Positions 37,371-50,048 of a DNA stretch of 64,000 nucleotides are shown in pieces (the stretch's first letter is position 1; the number at the start of each line of letters is the position of its first letter). Under the pieces are notes generated by a model that made no database searches, was not told where the DNA came from, and was given only the letters and a program-made list of their open reading frames with translations. The stretch covers positions 310,001-374,000 of the forward strand of contig JBDOQK010000022.1 of NCBI GenBank assembly GCA_040437565.1, in the 5' to 3' direction. The translations under genes were made by a program, and so were the position numbers. This stretch comes from Albugo candida. Lineage: Eukaryota.

Positions 37371-38716
37371 CAGTTGGCTACAGAAAGTATACGTTATTTT
37401 TCATATGAGGGTTAAACTATCGCTTCAACTTTGACAAAGAAACAATTTTTTGATGATCAAAGAGCCACAATATTCTAAAAAAATGCTCAAGGCTGACAAT
37501 GACGTCTATTATAAGTCGTTGCTACAGTATTTCTATTCAGATATTGCAGTGTTCGTCGAAAATGTGCGTGGCATTAGGGAGGGTTCACCAGCGGGTTGAA
37601 CCACCCTTGGCAGCAAGAACAGCAGCAATTTGCCTTGGCATTGACTCTACTAGTCATCGAAGCATCTCGAGAGATACCTAGCGATATTCCTCACCAAGTA
37701 TGGTAGCCATTTCTTCGACTTTTTCAGCCTGTCGCGGTTCTAGACGGCATCATTAAAATTTCTTTCACTGTTTTTTGATGGGGTTGAGATTAGGACTTCG
37801 AGCAGGCCATTCTAGCTTTGCAAGCGACCGCTTTTCACGCCAGCTATTTGCTGCAATATTACGGTGGACTGTCGCAACATCCTCCATAGTAACTAGGTCT
37901 TTCTTGTCATCCTGGTCGTCTATCCAGGGTCCAAGTGCAGCGTCATAGATCAGATTGACAAAGTCGGTGGCAGAACGATGTAGGGGTGGCATAATGACCA
38001 TCTGTAGAATCCTCTCACCATTAAAAGCACCCCAGATCATCACCGAAGACCGTCCACTCCAAAATGCTGGCGCCAACAATCAAAATTGAGCTGCTTATCC
38101 TCGTGACGCCACACAACAACCTGACTGGAATTCCTGCCAATCTCAAAGGTAGACTCGTCGGTGCAAATGACCTTCTTCCAGTCCTCTACTGTCTAATTTT
38201 TGTATATCCGAGACAACTCCAGTCTCTTAACCTTATGTTTGTCCGTCAACAAAGGCTTCTTGGCGGCAATGAGGCTCTTGAAGCCCATTTAATGAAGGGT
38301 GCTGCGGATTGTGGCTGACGATGCTCAAGTATTCGCGTTGTCCACGATTTCTGCTAGTGGCGTCCGCCTGTTCTGCATCATAGTGCGCCCAATAGACCTG
38401 TCGTCCTTTTCTGAGAGCTTTGGTAGTCATCCTCTTGACTACCTCCACCGTACCCCTTTTACGCCAGTTCTGTAGCACTATCGAGATGGCTGACTGGGTG
38501 GAACCTGCTTGGGCAGTGATTTCCCGCTGCTTCAAACCTTCCTTCTCATGCAATCCGACAATGGTATCTTTCTCCTCAGCGTTTAAACAACGTTTCCTCA
38601 TATTTCACAAATTGTTTGATGCGGAAACACAAAGTAATATGGCTGGATAGTCCTCTTAACTTATTTTTTTTGGTGGGGATTATAGAAAAATCTCGTATAC
38701 TTTTTGTAGGCTACTG
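37371..38716 (-). mobile_element. Tc1-like DNA transposon, full length, with disrupted transposase
   Basis: TIRs CAGTTGGCTACAGAAAGTATACG and (revcomp) CAGTAGCCTACAAAAAGTATACG, flanked by TA on both sides. The transposase starts at 38601 (HTH region), then SVMIWGAF, MEDVATVH and WPARSPNLNPI; frameshifted. Confidence 0.92.
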
Positions 38717-39779
38717 TACATGAGAAGTCCCGTGCGAGATAGCAGACACATATAGTGTTACTGTAAGGCTTAGAAAAGGAAGACAAATATATATTAGAGA
38801 TGTCTCTATCTAAGTGTAATCCGAATTAAAACCACTTATTAGTGACAAATGACTTTGGAACGGTCGTCAAGTAAAGCTCCCTTAATGTTTTTCATTGTAC
38901 CGGTATGCATACTTTCGGCTGCCGCACTCGGGATATGTGCGACATAAGACGTTGAGGACGGTATCGAAATCAGATTTCAAAGAAAAAGAAGCGATTGGCT
39001 ACGAGTTTACGAATGCTCACTTTGTTCTCTACATTCTACTACTCGAAATCTAACATGATGGTCGCATAAATGTAAGTAAATCAAGCGTTTGTAATGACTT
39101 CCGTAGTCGAAAATCAGTTCCCTTACTTCTTCTTAAAACGCTTTGATCTCTCTCACGGTCTCGAGAGTTTTACAGATCTCTCAAAGCTTCTATATCTACA
39201 TGACTCAAAATCTAGAAGAAGTAAAGACAGTCCACTGTCCTGCTCTTTACCCAGGTTGCTGCTTCGCCTCTTTTGTGTTGTTGAGAGCCGGGTTCTTGAG
39301 AGGCTCATGGGCTTGGACGGGATACCTCGTATACCTAGTCTACTCGCTACAGCGTTGTTAAGAATGCAGAAGCGTTGCCGATGCATACTTCTATTCAGCA
39401 AATCATATCGAATGACTTGATGTTATCAAAATCCTGTGAAGCTAACCTTGATTTGTGACCATTGCAAAGTGCCTATCGAGTAAAATATAAGTAGGTATAA
39501 AAGTGAAAAGAAATAATAAAGAATGGCAATGGCGCAACATGAATACAAAAACGTGTTTTCTGGATGAACGAGCTCCATCTATGTCAATGCATTAGCTATA
39601 CCTTTTTTCCGCTCCTGTAAGTGGATCCTTCAGCAAAACTACACGATCGTATGGATTCTTGACGACAATTGATGACTGAAAGCATCACCTTTGTGCAGGA
39701 TTGAGAGGAAGTGGGCAAGCGTTGCTGAGTAAATCTAATTTTATTACCTAATATAGAATGGCGATGCGGTTTTCAATTA

Positions 39780-40300
39780 TATACTAATTCTCTGGATTGA
39801 GAGTCTGTGGCCGTCCAATACTTCTGACTGCAAGTCTGATTCCAGGAGATGAATGCAGCGATATAGAAAAACTATACGTAGGAGTTGGTACATTAAATAA
39901 CTATTAAAGTTAGTCAGCGACACTGATTCCTTTTATGCAAAAGGTCTGCCTTAGCTCTGAGTTGTAGAAATGCACTCCAATATGGTGTATGCTCCTGAGG
40001 CCTTTTCCGATGATATCAAAAAATTAATGAGAGACAAAGCATATCCAGATTTGGACTCCAGGAAAGTTTGACACATTTCGAGATAGTCCAGTTCGTGTTG
40101 TCGTGTTTCAACTCACATACAATCGGATATTTTTTCGCGCAGATTCAATACATTCAGAATGATCCCTTTGCTCCTGAGTTCTCCCACTGTCACATTGTAC
40201 CAGATCTTGCCTTTGATATTCGAAATTCAGCCTTTTTTTACAGAAGATGTTGCCCATGCTTTTGTTACTTGAATTGCTATCACCGAAGAAAACAATGGAA
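39780..40300 (-). pseudogene. Decayed CCG effector relic, copy C (module 3 end and module 4)
   Basis: Minus-strand reading gives ISNIKGKIWYNV...KISDCM*VE..HELDYLEMCQTFLESKSGYALSLINFLISSEK....YTILECIS, matching GKIYYNM..SDCMWVEHEL....CQTCLKYKAG..SHIDFLISS....ISECIT of copy B. Not shown by the ORF track. Confidence 0.75.
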
Positions 40301-42054
40301 ACGGGGAAGATAAGCGTTCATGGAATTCGTGGTATATTGTGGTCGTCTGCGTTAAAGAGCGACTCGTGTCTCGGCACATTCGTTCTACATTAACACCTAA
40401 CATGTAAATTCTCAAGTAAAAATGCGGAAGGCCATGCATTGAACATGTGATCAGAGAAACAGAATGCGCATTAAGCAAATCTTAATTTGTAACATGAATT
40501 ACTCGAGAACTGCGCCTCACACCCGTGCCAAAAAACACAAGGTAAAAGGTTGGATGCAAAATTGGACTTTGAGGCTTTGCATTCTATTTTCTGAAAATGT
40601 CAGGCTGAATGAAAAACCTGCATTCATCGCTACCGATAGGAAATGACGGGAAGCAATAGAAATTTGATCTGAAGTCGTTTCTATCTGCATCTATTTGGCT
40701 AAATGCTCTGCCTGTTTGGAACATCTGTAAGAATGTGTTCGTGGTGATTGAGGAATGTATTAGGTGTTCAGCTGATTCTCACGTTCTTCAGGATGAACAG
40801 GTAATTTTCTTTATTATGTGCGTAAAACTATCCGAGTCCTTATTTCCTTATGCTACATAGTCCAGAAATCAAATTGTTCTGGTACGATCTTAACGCCGGA
40901 TGAAATGCTTTCAGCATCATCCATGTCATATCTGACTTTTACACTCGTGACATTTTCCTTTCTTTGGCCCTTATGGATACAACTCTGAGTCAACGACAAT
41001 GGTTGCCGGTGCATTTGAAGTACTTCGAGAAGCCATCCTTCCCTTCGCTCTCGTACTCCAATAGATTCAGCGTACGCATTCAGTAACGTGAATATCAATA
41101 CGTACATGAAGTATTACATCACCTTAGTAAGGTAGAAGACGGCATAGTCGAGTATTTTGGGAAATGGAAAAACCAGATCATTCGTCACATTAACTGTATA
41201 AATGATTGTCAGCCTCAGGATAGGGTAACGCATCAGTGGTGCGAACAAAAGTCTGACCAAAGCCAAATCTGTGCTGAGTAGTGATCTAATGCTGATGCAG
41301 CACCACAGCTTCAAGTCATACCAATCGAGTCGGAATTTTTTACTGCATCGAAGTTACAGTTGACGCATAGCGCAAATCGTATATTATAAACAAGGAGATT
41401 CTATCACGAAGTACGAGTAGAAAATAATCAGGAATGTCAACTGAAGCACAAAGTCGTCGTGTCTGGCTGGACGTTCTCCGCCTTTCTTACAAGGTCAGCT
41501 ATAGCGCTGTTGGATACGAAATCATGACTCAGCAACAAAAGTATACAGGCTTGCGGAGTCTTGCTTTAAATTATTGACTTACAAAATCTAGCGACTTGTG
41601 CACGATAGATAAGAGGTGTTTTACCGTTGCAGAGTGGCGCTCATTTGATTTTCGAAAGCCCAACCCCGATGCTGAAGTCTTTTTTTTATATGAGTGCATT
41701 CATTTCCACCGAAAATGAATAAGGAGTGACTTCGAATTGTTTGCAATGATGGCCTTCATCAGGTTGACCGCACAAAAATCATGAAAGCTTGAAAAATGAT
41801 ATTTTTCCACTAGTTAATGCAAAAGTGCTAAGAAATTGCGAATATGAGATCTGTCACCTTTCTTGAAAATTGACGCTTCTGTTCTTATCTTCCTGGAAGC
41901 CTGAACATCAGCACACAGCAAACAAAAGCGAAAGCTGCTGATACATTAGTCAATCAAAATAGCCTTATCTACAGGTTGCAAGGGCTAGAGGTTACAAGAT
42001 GGTAAGATAATTTTCCCAAGCTGTATTCGATACTCTTGACTATCAAAAAAATGC

Positions 42055-44059
42055 CTAAGGAATACCTGTACCTGATAGATGGTTGTTCGAATCGGTAGAA
42101 TCCAAATCAAGCATATCCGCTTTATCAAGGATCTTTTCATAGGGAAGCGAGTATCTTTCCACCTTTATCTCGGCTCGGTCTCTTCGTGTCTCTTGATACT
42201 CATCCTTCCTTTGAGGTTCATTACCGTCACTGGAATGCATCTCCCAGCTCTGCATCAGTACGTTTTTCTGTGCCCCTTCATCCGCACAATGTCCTATATC
42301 ATCTACACCATTTCCTTCATACAAGTGACTTCGCTTGCTTTCGAAATTCGGATTTGTTCCCGCATATTATTTTTCAGCGGAAGTACTTGCTACTTGAACC
42401 TCGTCACCCGCTGAATTTTCTTGCCGTAGTAAATCTGAGTTACCGCAGGAACATGACTTCGTTTCCTTCCCGTTAAAGAATATCGAGCAACTAATGATTT
42501 CGACGGTATCGGCCGAATCGAAGAGATATCCAATTCCCCTTTTTCAACCATACGTAAGGTTCCACACTCCGCGGAACAATCGACTTTTTTGAGAGCACCC
42601 ACCTTCAAGAAACTCCAAGTTTCGATTAAGTCGACGATAAAAATATCCAATCTGGAGGTGAGGCAAGCATAACAACCTAGTGTTGGCTTAGCTGGCCATC
42701 CTTGACTGAATGTTTGTTGTTGCACTATAGATGGACCAGTATTCTCCAAAGGTGCTATACCGAAATGGTAGCACAGTTTGTCAGAAAGATAGTTCACTTT
42801 TTTGCATAACTTATTCGTCAACTCAGTTCCGAATGAAATGCATTTCGAGATAGTAAACATATTGAGATTTATTTCTGATGAGATCAAAAACTCAATATGT
42901 GATAGTCTTTCTATTCCATATCCAGCTTTTGACTCCAAGCAAGTCTGATATTGTTCGCCGTCCTCCTCTTCGTGTTCTACCCATATACAATCTGAGATTG
43001 TCAGTAGATTCAATAAATCCTGAATGGATGATTTCCTCGCTGGAGAATTTGCAACCATATTGCTGTAGAGCTTGCCTTGGGAAAGTGCATAGTAAACGCT
43101 TACGTCAGAAGCTGTTTCACATAGGCGGTTTCGTTCCCAGCAAATCGTTCCGCAAATCATTTGACATTGTTGCCCAAAAGATGGTGATTCTTTCGATATC
43201 ACAAAAATGTACTGTAGGTTTTTTGCAGAGTCTCCTTTAAGTCCCTTGGATTGTAGATATCATAGACCAGTACTACCATCCCAGATAGTTCAGTCGCTAT
43301 GCAGTCAAGGCAGTCTTTTCGCAGTCTCGTTGCCGTGGAAGCCGATAGCATATTGATTTCCATGTTACACTCTCGTAAATCGATTCGATGGCGGTACGCA
43401 ATCCATCCTGCGAGACATAATCATTCAAATCTATTTTGAAATTGTCATCGGGTTTTGTGGAACGAGCGCCGGACAACTTTCTGACAAGATGCTTACAAGG
43501 ATCCCCAGCAACTTTAGCACTGTACCCATAACATATACCCGACATCAAACATTGCTCAAAATTTCTACTTCGACGTGTGTACAGCACATGCAAATAGAGC
43601 TCGTCTTAACTTTTGGTTACCAGGTAGAGCTTTCGAATTCTACGGGAGCCACTCGTCATTTTCATACAGGTGCCGCATTCAGCACTGGTTAAGCATAAGG
43701 CTTTCAACGATGTCGATTTATTTTTGCTCGGCTTCGAAGAAGATAGCGGGGTTTCCATATTTTCAGGATGTGTAATTATGATGGAGCCACATATACTTTC
43801 ACTCTGACAATCTATTCCGGCTCTTATGAAAGAAAAAGCCAAGCCAGACGCGTCGAATTTTGCTGTTGTAAGCGATGGATCTGATTCTTGCGTATAGGTC
43901 ACCGCAAGCGAAAAATGATCCATTCCGGCAATTTCTGTTAGGCAGGACTGGCACTTGCCCAGATCGCTTTGAAGACTAAAAGTTGCGGTAATTATTGGCA
44001 TTAGTACCCTTCTCTAAAAGTGATACAGCAAAGAGAATAAGCCAGTGTTGGTGGAACAT
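42055..44059 (-). pseudogene. CCG effector pseudogene, copy D
   Basis: ATG at 44059 (MFHQHWLILFAVSLLEKGTNA), a frameshift right after the signal peptide, then CQSCLTEIAG. In-frame TAA at 43606-43608, with further frameshifts at ~43330-43200 and ~42440. The tail SLPYEKILDKADML matches the paralog C-termini. Confidence 0.88.
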
Positions 44060-45752
44060 GACCAGCAATTCTTGGCGGCTCCTTTCGTCCACTTATTTCG
44101 TCGGAAGTAGTAGCGTACAGCAAACCTCTAAAAAGAAGTTTGTGATGAAATTACAATTTTAAAAAGGGTATTGATATTCCGACAACTTTTTTTGATATCC
44201 CGGCAACTTTTATTTTTCATTATGAATTATATCATGCCTACTTAAATTATTACTCCCACAACTTTTTGTAACAATAAATAATGGCTTCGATATCCCGACA
44301 GCTTTCTTTTTGAATTACATCTATATTCAATTTGATTACGTCATGCCTACCCAAATTATTACTCCCACAACTTTTTTGAAAAATAAATAAGTTTACATTT
44401 CTAACTAATATCAGTCATTTACGTATAAGGCTAATTCTAGTAATATAGGTACCTTCAACTGAGCTAAACACTCATCATTAATAGACGATTCATTGCCAGT
44501 TTTTTGTTGTTGAGCTATAATGCGTCGTAAAGACATAGCAATTATTATGTACCAACGCCGAATATAAAATGTATTAGGAAAATTATCTATTTACTAGAGC
44601 TTGTCCTGGATCTGAGCTAGTTTAAGTTGCGTTCCTCACAGGTGACGCGGTATTGCCAATTTGCATCTCCCTGAGGTTATTTTGCAGTTGAATAGCTTGC
44701 CAGTGATTACTTTATACTGTACATGCAAAGGTGTTATCTCTTTTCCATTTGCTACTATAGAAGTAAGAGTAGAATGTGTCGAATGAAAATTGCCATATGT
44801 ATCAGCCATCACAGTTGAAACATCACTCTATAAGCCAATCACAAATAATTCTCGATTGAAGTAGTTGGAACAACAATGTAGGGTGTGTATGGATGTAATT
44901 AGTTAGCAATGTAAAATTATGTATGTAGCTTTCAAAAAGGGAGCCGCTATGGCCACAGACAAAATTACTACGGCCACAGACAATTGATCTAACCAATCAC
45001 TTCTCNNNNNNNNNNNNNNNNNNNNNNNNNNNNNNNNNNNNNNNNNNNNNNNNNNNNNNNNNNNNNNNNNNNNNNNNNNNNNNNNNNNNNNNNNNNNNNN
45101 NNNNNATCCCGACAGCTTTCTTTTTGAATTACATCTATATTCAATTTGATTACGTCATGCCTACCCAAATTATTACTCCCACAACTTTTTTGAAAAATAA
45201 ATAAGTTTACATTTCTAACTAATATCAGTCATTTACGTATAAGGCTAATTCTAGTAATATAGGTACCTTCAACTGAGCTAAACACTCATCATTAATAGAC
45301 GATTCATTGCCAGTTTTTTGTTGTTGAGCTATAATGCGTCGTAAAGACATAGCAATTATTATGTACCAACGCCGAATATAAAATGTATTAGGAAAATTAT
45401 CTATTTACTAGAGCTTGTCCTGGATCTGAGCTAGTTTAAGTTGCGTTCCTCACAGGTGACGCGGTATTGCCAATTTGCATCTCCCTGAGGTTATTTTGCA
45501 GTTGAATAGCTTGCCAGTGATTACTTTATACTGTACATGCAAAGGTGTTATCTCTTTTCCATTTGCTACTATAGAAGTAAGAGTAGAATGTGTCGAATGA
45601 AAATTGCCATATGTATCAGCCATCACAGTTGAAACATCACTCTATAAGCCAATCACAAATAATTCTCGATTGAAGTAGTTGGAACAACAATGTAGGGTGT
45701 GTATGGATGTAATTAGTTAGCAATGTAAAATTATGTATGTAGCTTTCAAAAA

Positions 45753-46993
45753 GGGAGCCGCTATGGCCACAGACAAAATTACTACGGCCACAGACAATTG
45801 ATCTAACCAATCACTTCTCAATTTGCCGGCTACTACGTAACCCGCCAATTTAGTAAAAAACAACTCGAAAAACTCCTCTTTTCAACTCTTTCCTCTCGAA
45901 AACAATGGTCCAAGTCGACATATCGACACAACCAAGGGTGCTAGGGTCCACTTGTAGTGACGTGGCAACCCTCATGAGTCACCCTGTTTTGGGTGATTGC
46001 ATGATTGTTGATGAGTCATCACCCCTGTGTGATGACGTGGAAAGTACCCCGACCCCCAGTGTGACGGAACATGGTAATACCGGTACTACCGGTGTAGGAT
46101 GTGGTACCGGTGGTACATGCGGTACTGCCGTTGCCTCGTCACAGGGTGACCAAAAGGCAACTGCAACTGTGGACGACACTAACAGTCCTACTCTTGCTGA
46201 CCTTATCAAGTCACAGGAGTCNNNNNNNNNNNNNNNNNNNNNNNNNNNNNNNNNNNNNNNNNNNNNNNNNNNNNNNNNNNNNNNNNNNNNNNNNNNNNNN
46301 NNNNNNNNNNNNNNNNNNNNNAAGATAGCCTAGGCAACTAGAGAAGTCAGTTAGTCTAATTCTAGTAATATAGACACCTTTAACTGATCTAACCAATCAC
46401 AGCTCACAAAATTAATTATATTGTCGCTAAGTTCGCCAAAACTGGCGAAGCAGCAAATGAAAATTATACCTATCGCGCAGCCGACCCCACGTGGTGATAA
46501 TTTCAGCATATCAACCGGAACATCTCATATTAAGCCCTTCAGAAAGTATTTCTTTTCTTCCTACGTGTTTTTTCCAATCACTTAAGTCTCGCAATGACAG
46601 CTAGAAAAAGCTCGATATCCAATGGCAACCGGCGCGAAGCCATGCTCTTCTACTTACATTAATAAAAACTTCTGATTCTAAAAATATCAACAAAAATGAA
46701 TAATTTTTTAAAAAACGATTTTTTATTTTCCTCAAGAGTAACAGCCATCTTCCCAACATCGTAATCTTTAGTGTCTACTATTGACCTACCATATACAGTT
46801 TCAGAAAAAAAACGTCTCTACGCTAGAACAATATAACAAAAACAGCCTAAGAAACAGAATGAGCTCGTGTACAAAAGTAGACAAGTTACCTGATTGGCTA
46901 GCGTACTTAGCTACAATTGAATTTTGTGAGCTGTGATTGGCTAGATCAATTGTCTGTGCCGTAGTAGTTTTGTCTGTGGCCATAGCGGCTACC
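45753..46993. mobile_element. Second non-autonomous Mutator-like element with 9-bp TSD, nested in the MULE derivative
   Basis: Long TIRs GGGAGCCGCTATGGCCACAGACAAAA and (revcomp) GGTAGCCGCTATGGCCACAGACAAAA; TSD TTTCAAAAA at 45744-45752 and 46994-47002. Confidence 0.85.
45815..46384 (+). mobile_element. LINE inserted in the TIR of the nested element (body hidden in the N gap)
   Basis: 16-bp TSD TGATCTAACCAATCAC at 45799-45814 and 46385-46400; the opposite TIR shows the uninterrupted sequence. ORF1 is open from ATG 45905 to the gap. Confidence 0.82.
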
Positions 46994-49900
46994 TTTCAAA
47001 AAAGTAGAATTTGTGAGAGTAATAATTTAACTAGGCATACTGTAATAAAAAAAAAGTTGTCGGGATATCAATACCCTCTTTAATATTAAAAATAGCGTTT
47101 TTATAATTTTAAAAAGCTGTGTATATAATTGCAGAATTATTACGTCCTAAATAAAGGGTACTTTGGTAATATACATATTGGAGCAAATTATATGGTATAT
47201 GTGCTGCGTGTATAAGGTTAATAAGTTCAGTTCAATTTATAGTGTGTTTGTACCGAGATGTAGTTGAAAGTGAGTCACCGCGCGTAGAAACATTTTGACT
47301 CATTTTGGTAGGCAGCGAAGTGGTGTTTGATTATTGATGAATTTTAGCCAGTGAATTCGGGTGGGTGAGTGAACACTAAAGGCTCACTTCAAGAATTGTA
47401 CAGTACGTAAAAGAAACGAGCATGATTGGTCGTTTGTTGTCACGCGGATTACGACTATCAACCAATTATAGAAAAGGCGGAATAGAACATATGTGAAAGT
47501 CGTTGTATTGTGTCAGTACGCAGAGAGAATGGTGATATGTGATACGCGATCTACTTTATGTATTCACAATGGACTATCATGTTATGTAGTCAAAATGTAA
47601 AGGAATTCATGTAGTGAGAATGTATCATGGAAGTCATGAGGAAACATCTAATGTGGATTGAGATAATGTTGGTCTTTTGAAACAATCCAATACAAGAGCT
47701 CGTGAAAACTTCTAGTGAGACACGAACCAGTAAGAAAAGACGCATGTAAGTGGCCTGTGTGCACCGTTTTCACAGATGCAAAATTGGCGAATAAACTTTG
47801 CATTCTGCATACAAATAAGTGGTCATATTATATGAATAACCTGTAACTATGGACAGTGATAAGAGATGACAGGACGCCATTAGATTCGATATTGTGGCTG
47901 CATGCAAGAATCGATAATAGTGATGAGGAACGATAGAGGATATTCTTGCAGGAGACAGGTGAAATAATGCGTTAGTAGAGGTTAAGCTACAGGTAAAGAA
48001 AATTATAGTAAGAACGGGCATGTAAAAATGCTCGAGCAACATTTAAAACTTTCCAAATTGTTTCGTAGTCCTTGCAAAAATCGTAGCTTCAATTTAGTCC
48101 TTTCGCTGATTGCCATCTTCTCCAGGATGAACAGATCATTGGTTTTCATGTGATTGGATAGCAGTATATGAATCTGTAAGATCATCATCTTGCAAAGTAT
48201 GGCAATTGAATAAGTTTTGAGTAACTTTTCTCCGCATCCACGGATTCTGCGCCACCGAATTTCATATCCAACTTCTGCGCTCTTGATATATGCTGGGTTT
48301 TTTAGACGTCGTCGTTGTTCTGGTGTGTCTAAACTAATTTGAATTACACATCATTCCCAGTTATGAGTGCGTGAAACAAAGTACAGTTCGTGTATGATGA
48401 GAAAAGTATCCTCTGCTGCATCCCACCTTTGTTTCCTTGGATTAGCACAGGTCATAGCATTTTACGAGGCTTTGATTTGTTTCTTAGATAGAAGCACATG
48501 TTTAGAGCTATAGCGGCAGTGCATGTATCTCATTTGTCTTGGACGCATCGATGGGTAAAATCATTTGGATATTCTTCTCATTAGTAGAGATACGATTAAT
48601 TTCGCGTCTCCCCTATCGGATCAGATTGTAAAATCTGATCGACTTGTATATTGCTTCTGCACGACAATTTCATAATATTATCCAATGGGAATATGACACA
48701 ATTGATAAGTTTGGGATTATCGAATGGCCAAGCATAGCCAAAATTATTCTTTGCTAGGTAATCTTGAATGCTTCTCATGCTGTGTAGAATGAGCTTGTAT
48801 TTTTAATCAACGCAAGTAGACCAATTTGCATCTTGCCAAATGCTGTATCTCTCCTTGTTCTATACCACCAAATAAACCGAGCTTTACAAAATCATTAATA
48901 GCTTCCAAGACGCTACATGAATTAAACATGACTTGATGCTACCTTCAAATCAATCTACATGGATCTTGCAATCACCAAGGAACATATTCGACTCATATTG
49001 TTAAACTTGAAAAGAACTCGTTTTTTTTGTGGGGCATATTTTCATTACAGCTAATTGCATTTGCTCTTCGCTTTATTTCCTAATCTCTCATTAGCCTTAA
49101 CAGCTTTTTCATGAAAACCATACTCACTAACTCTCGCTCGACCTCAATGCGCCGATCTATGTTTCAACATCACATATATGTTCGTCCTGATGACCCTTTG
49201 ACCAGAAAGGGGTCCAAGACCGGCTGGAGCTTAAGGAGGATACCTACGATACTAAGGCTAGCAGAAAGTAAGGACGAATGAGAAACGTTATATTGATTGC
49301 ATATATTTCGGAGTTACATCCACCAGAAGAATGCGTGATGAAAACTTCACTACCACATTTCTACCCGTAGACAGCAAGCAGATCGTCTTGAACGAAATAA
49401 AGCCATTTTTTCAAGAGAAGCGATGTGTGTGAAGGGTGGCGTGAGCATTACCATACGCATGGGCTTTCACTATACAACTTGGCATAGAAGACACATTCAC
49501 AGTCGAGAAGGTTCGTTCAGACTGCAATTCAGACTAATTAGCACAGAGAGATGCCTGATAAAATGTTGGTCAAGTAAGGCACTCAGAATGCTCACATAAG
49601 CGAACGCAAAAAAGGGTAATTTTCGCTGGAGGAGCACTACCGATGCGGCACATTTAGCCGCCGAATCTATGAATTAACGTGAGATTGTCTTTTTTTGAAG
49701 TTAGCATCGATATGTGATCGATGCAACGATTTGAAACATGTTCTCTGATTAGCATCACCAGCTGTAGCATTGTCGATCCCGTAGTCATGGACCAATCTCA
49801 GCAAAACTACACAGGCTTTTGCAGTGTTTCGGGTGGATATTGACCCAATGTAAAGCTCAGCTTCTTTCAGGACCGAGAACAGGTGGTAAGCATTGTCATA

Positions 49901-50048
49901 TATACCTCGCCGAAAGCAGTAATGGTCTGCATCAAACTGTATGCATGACATCTGTCAGCGTGTTTATACAGTAGCGATTGAGTAAGTGATAGATCTTGCA
50001 AGATAGTAAGAGATTTAGCTGATAGAGTGATATTAAATGGGTATACGC

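Larger units (their letters stand above)
44166..47076 (-). mobile_element. Non-autonomous deletion derivative of the 4698-7561 MULE, carrying nested insertions
   Basis: TIRs GGGTATTGATATTCCGACAAC (44166) and GTTGTCGGGATATCAATACCC (47076). 44166-44600 is the reverse complement of the MULE right end and 44780-44920 of its left end; the transposase is absent. Confidence 0.85.

Noticed and set aside
44292-45819. Apparent 714-bp tandem duplication in the MULE derivative
   Set aside because: Exact copy on both sides of gap 45006-45105; assembly artefact.
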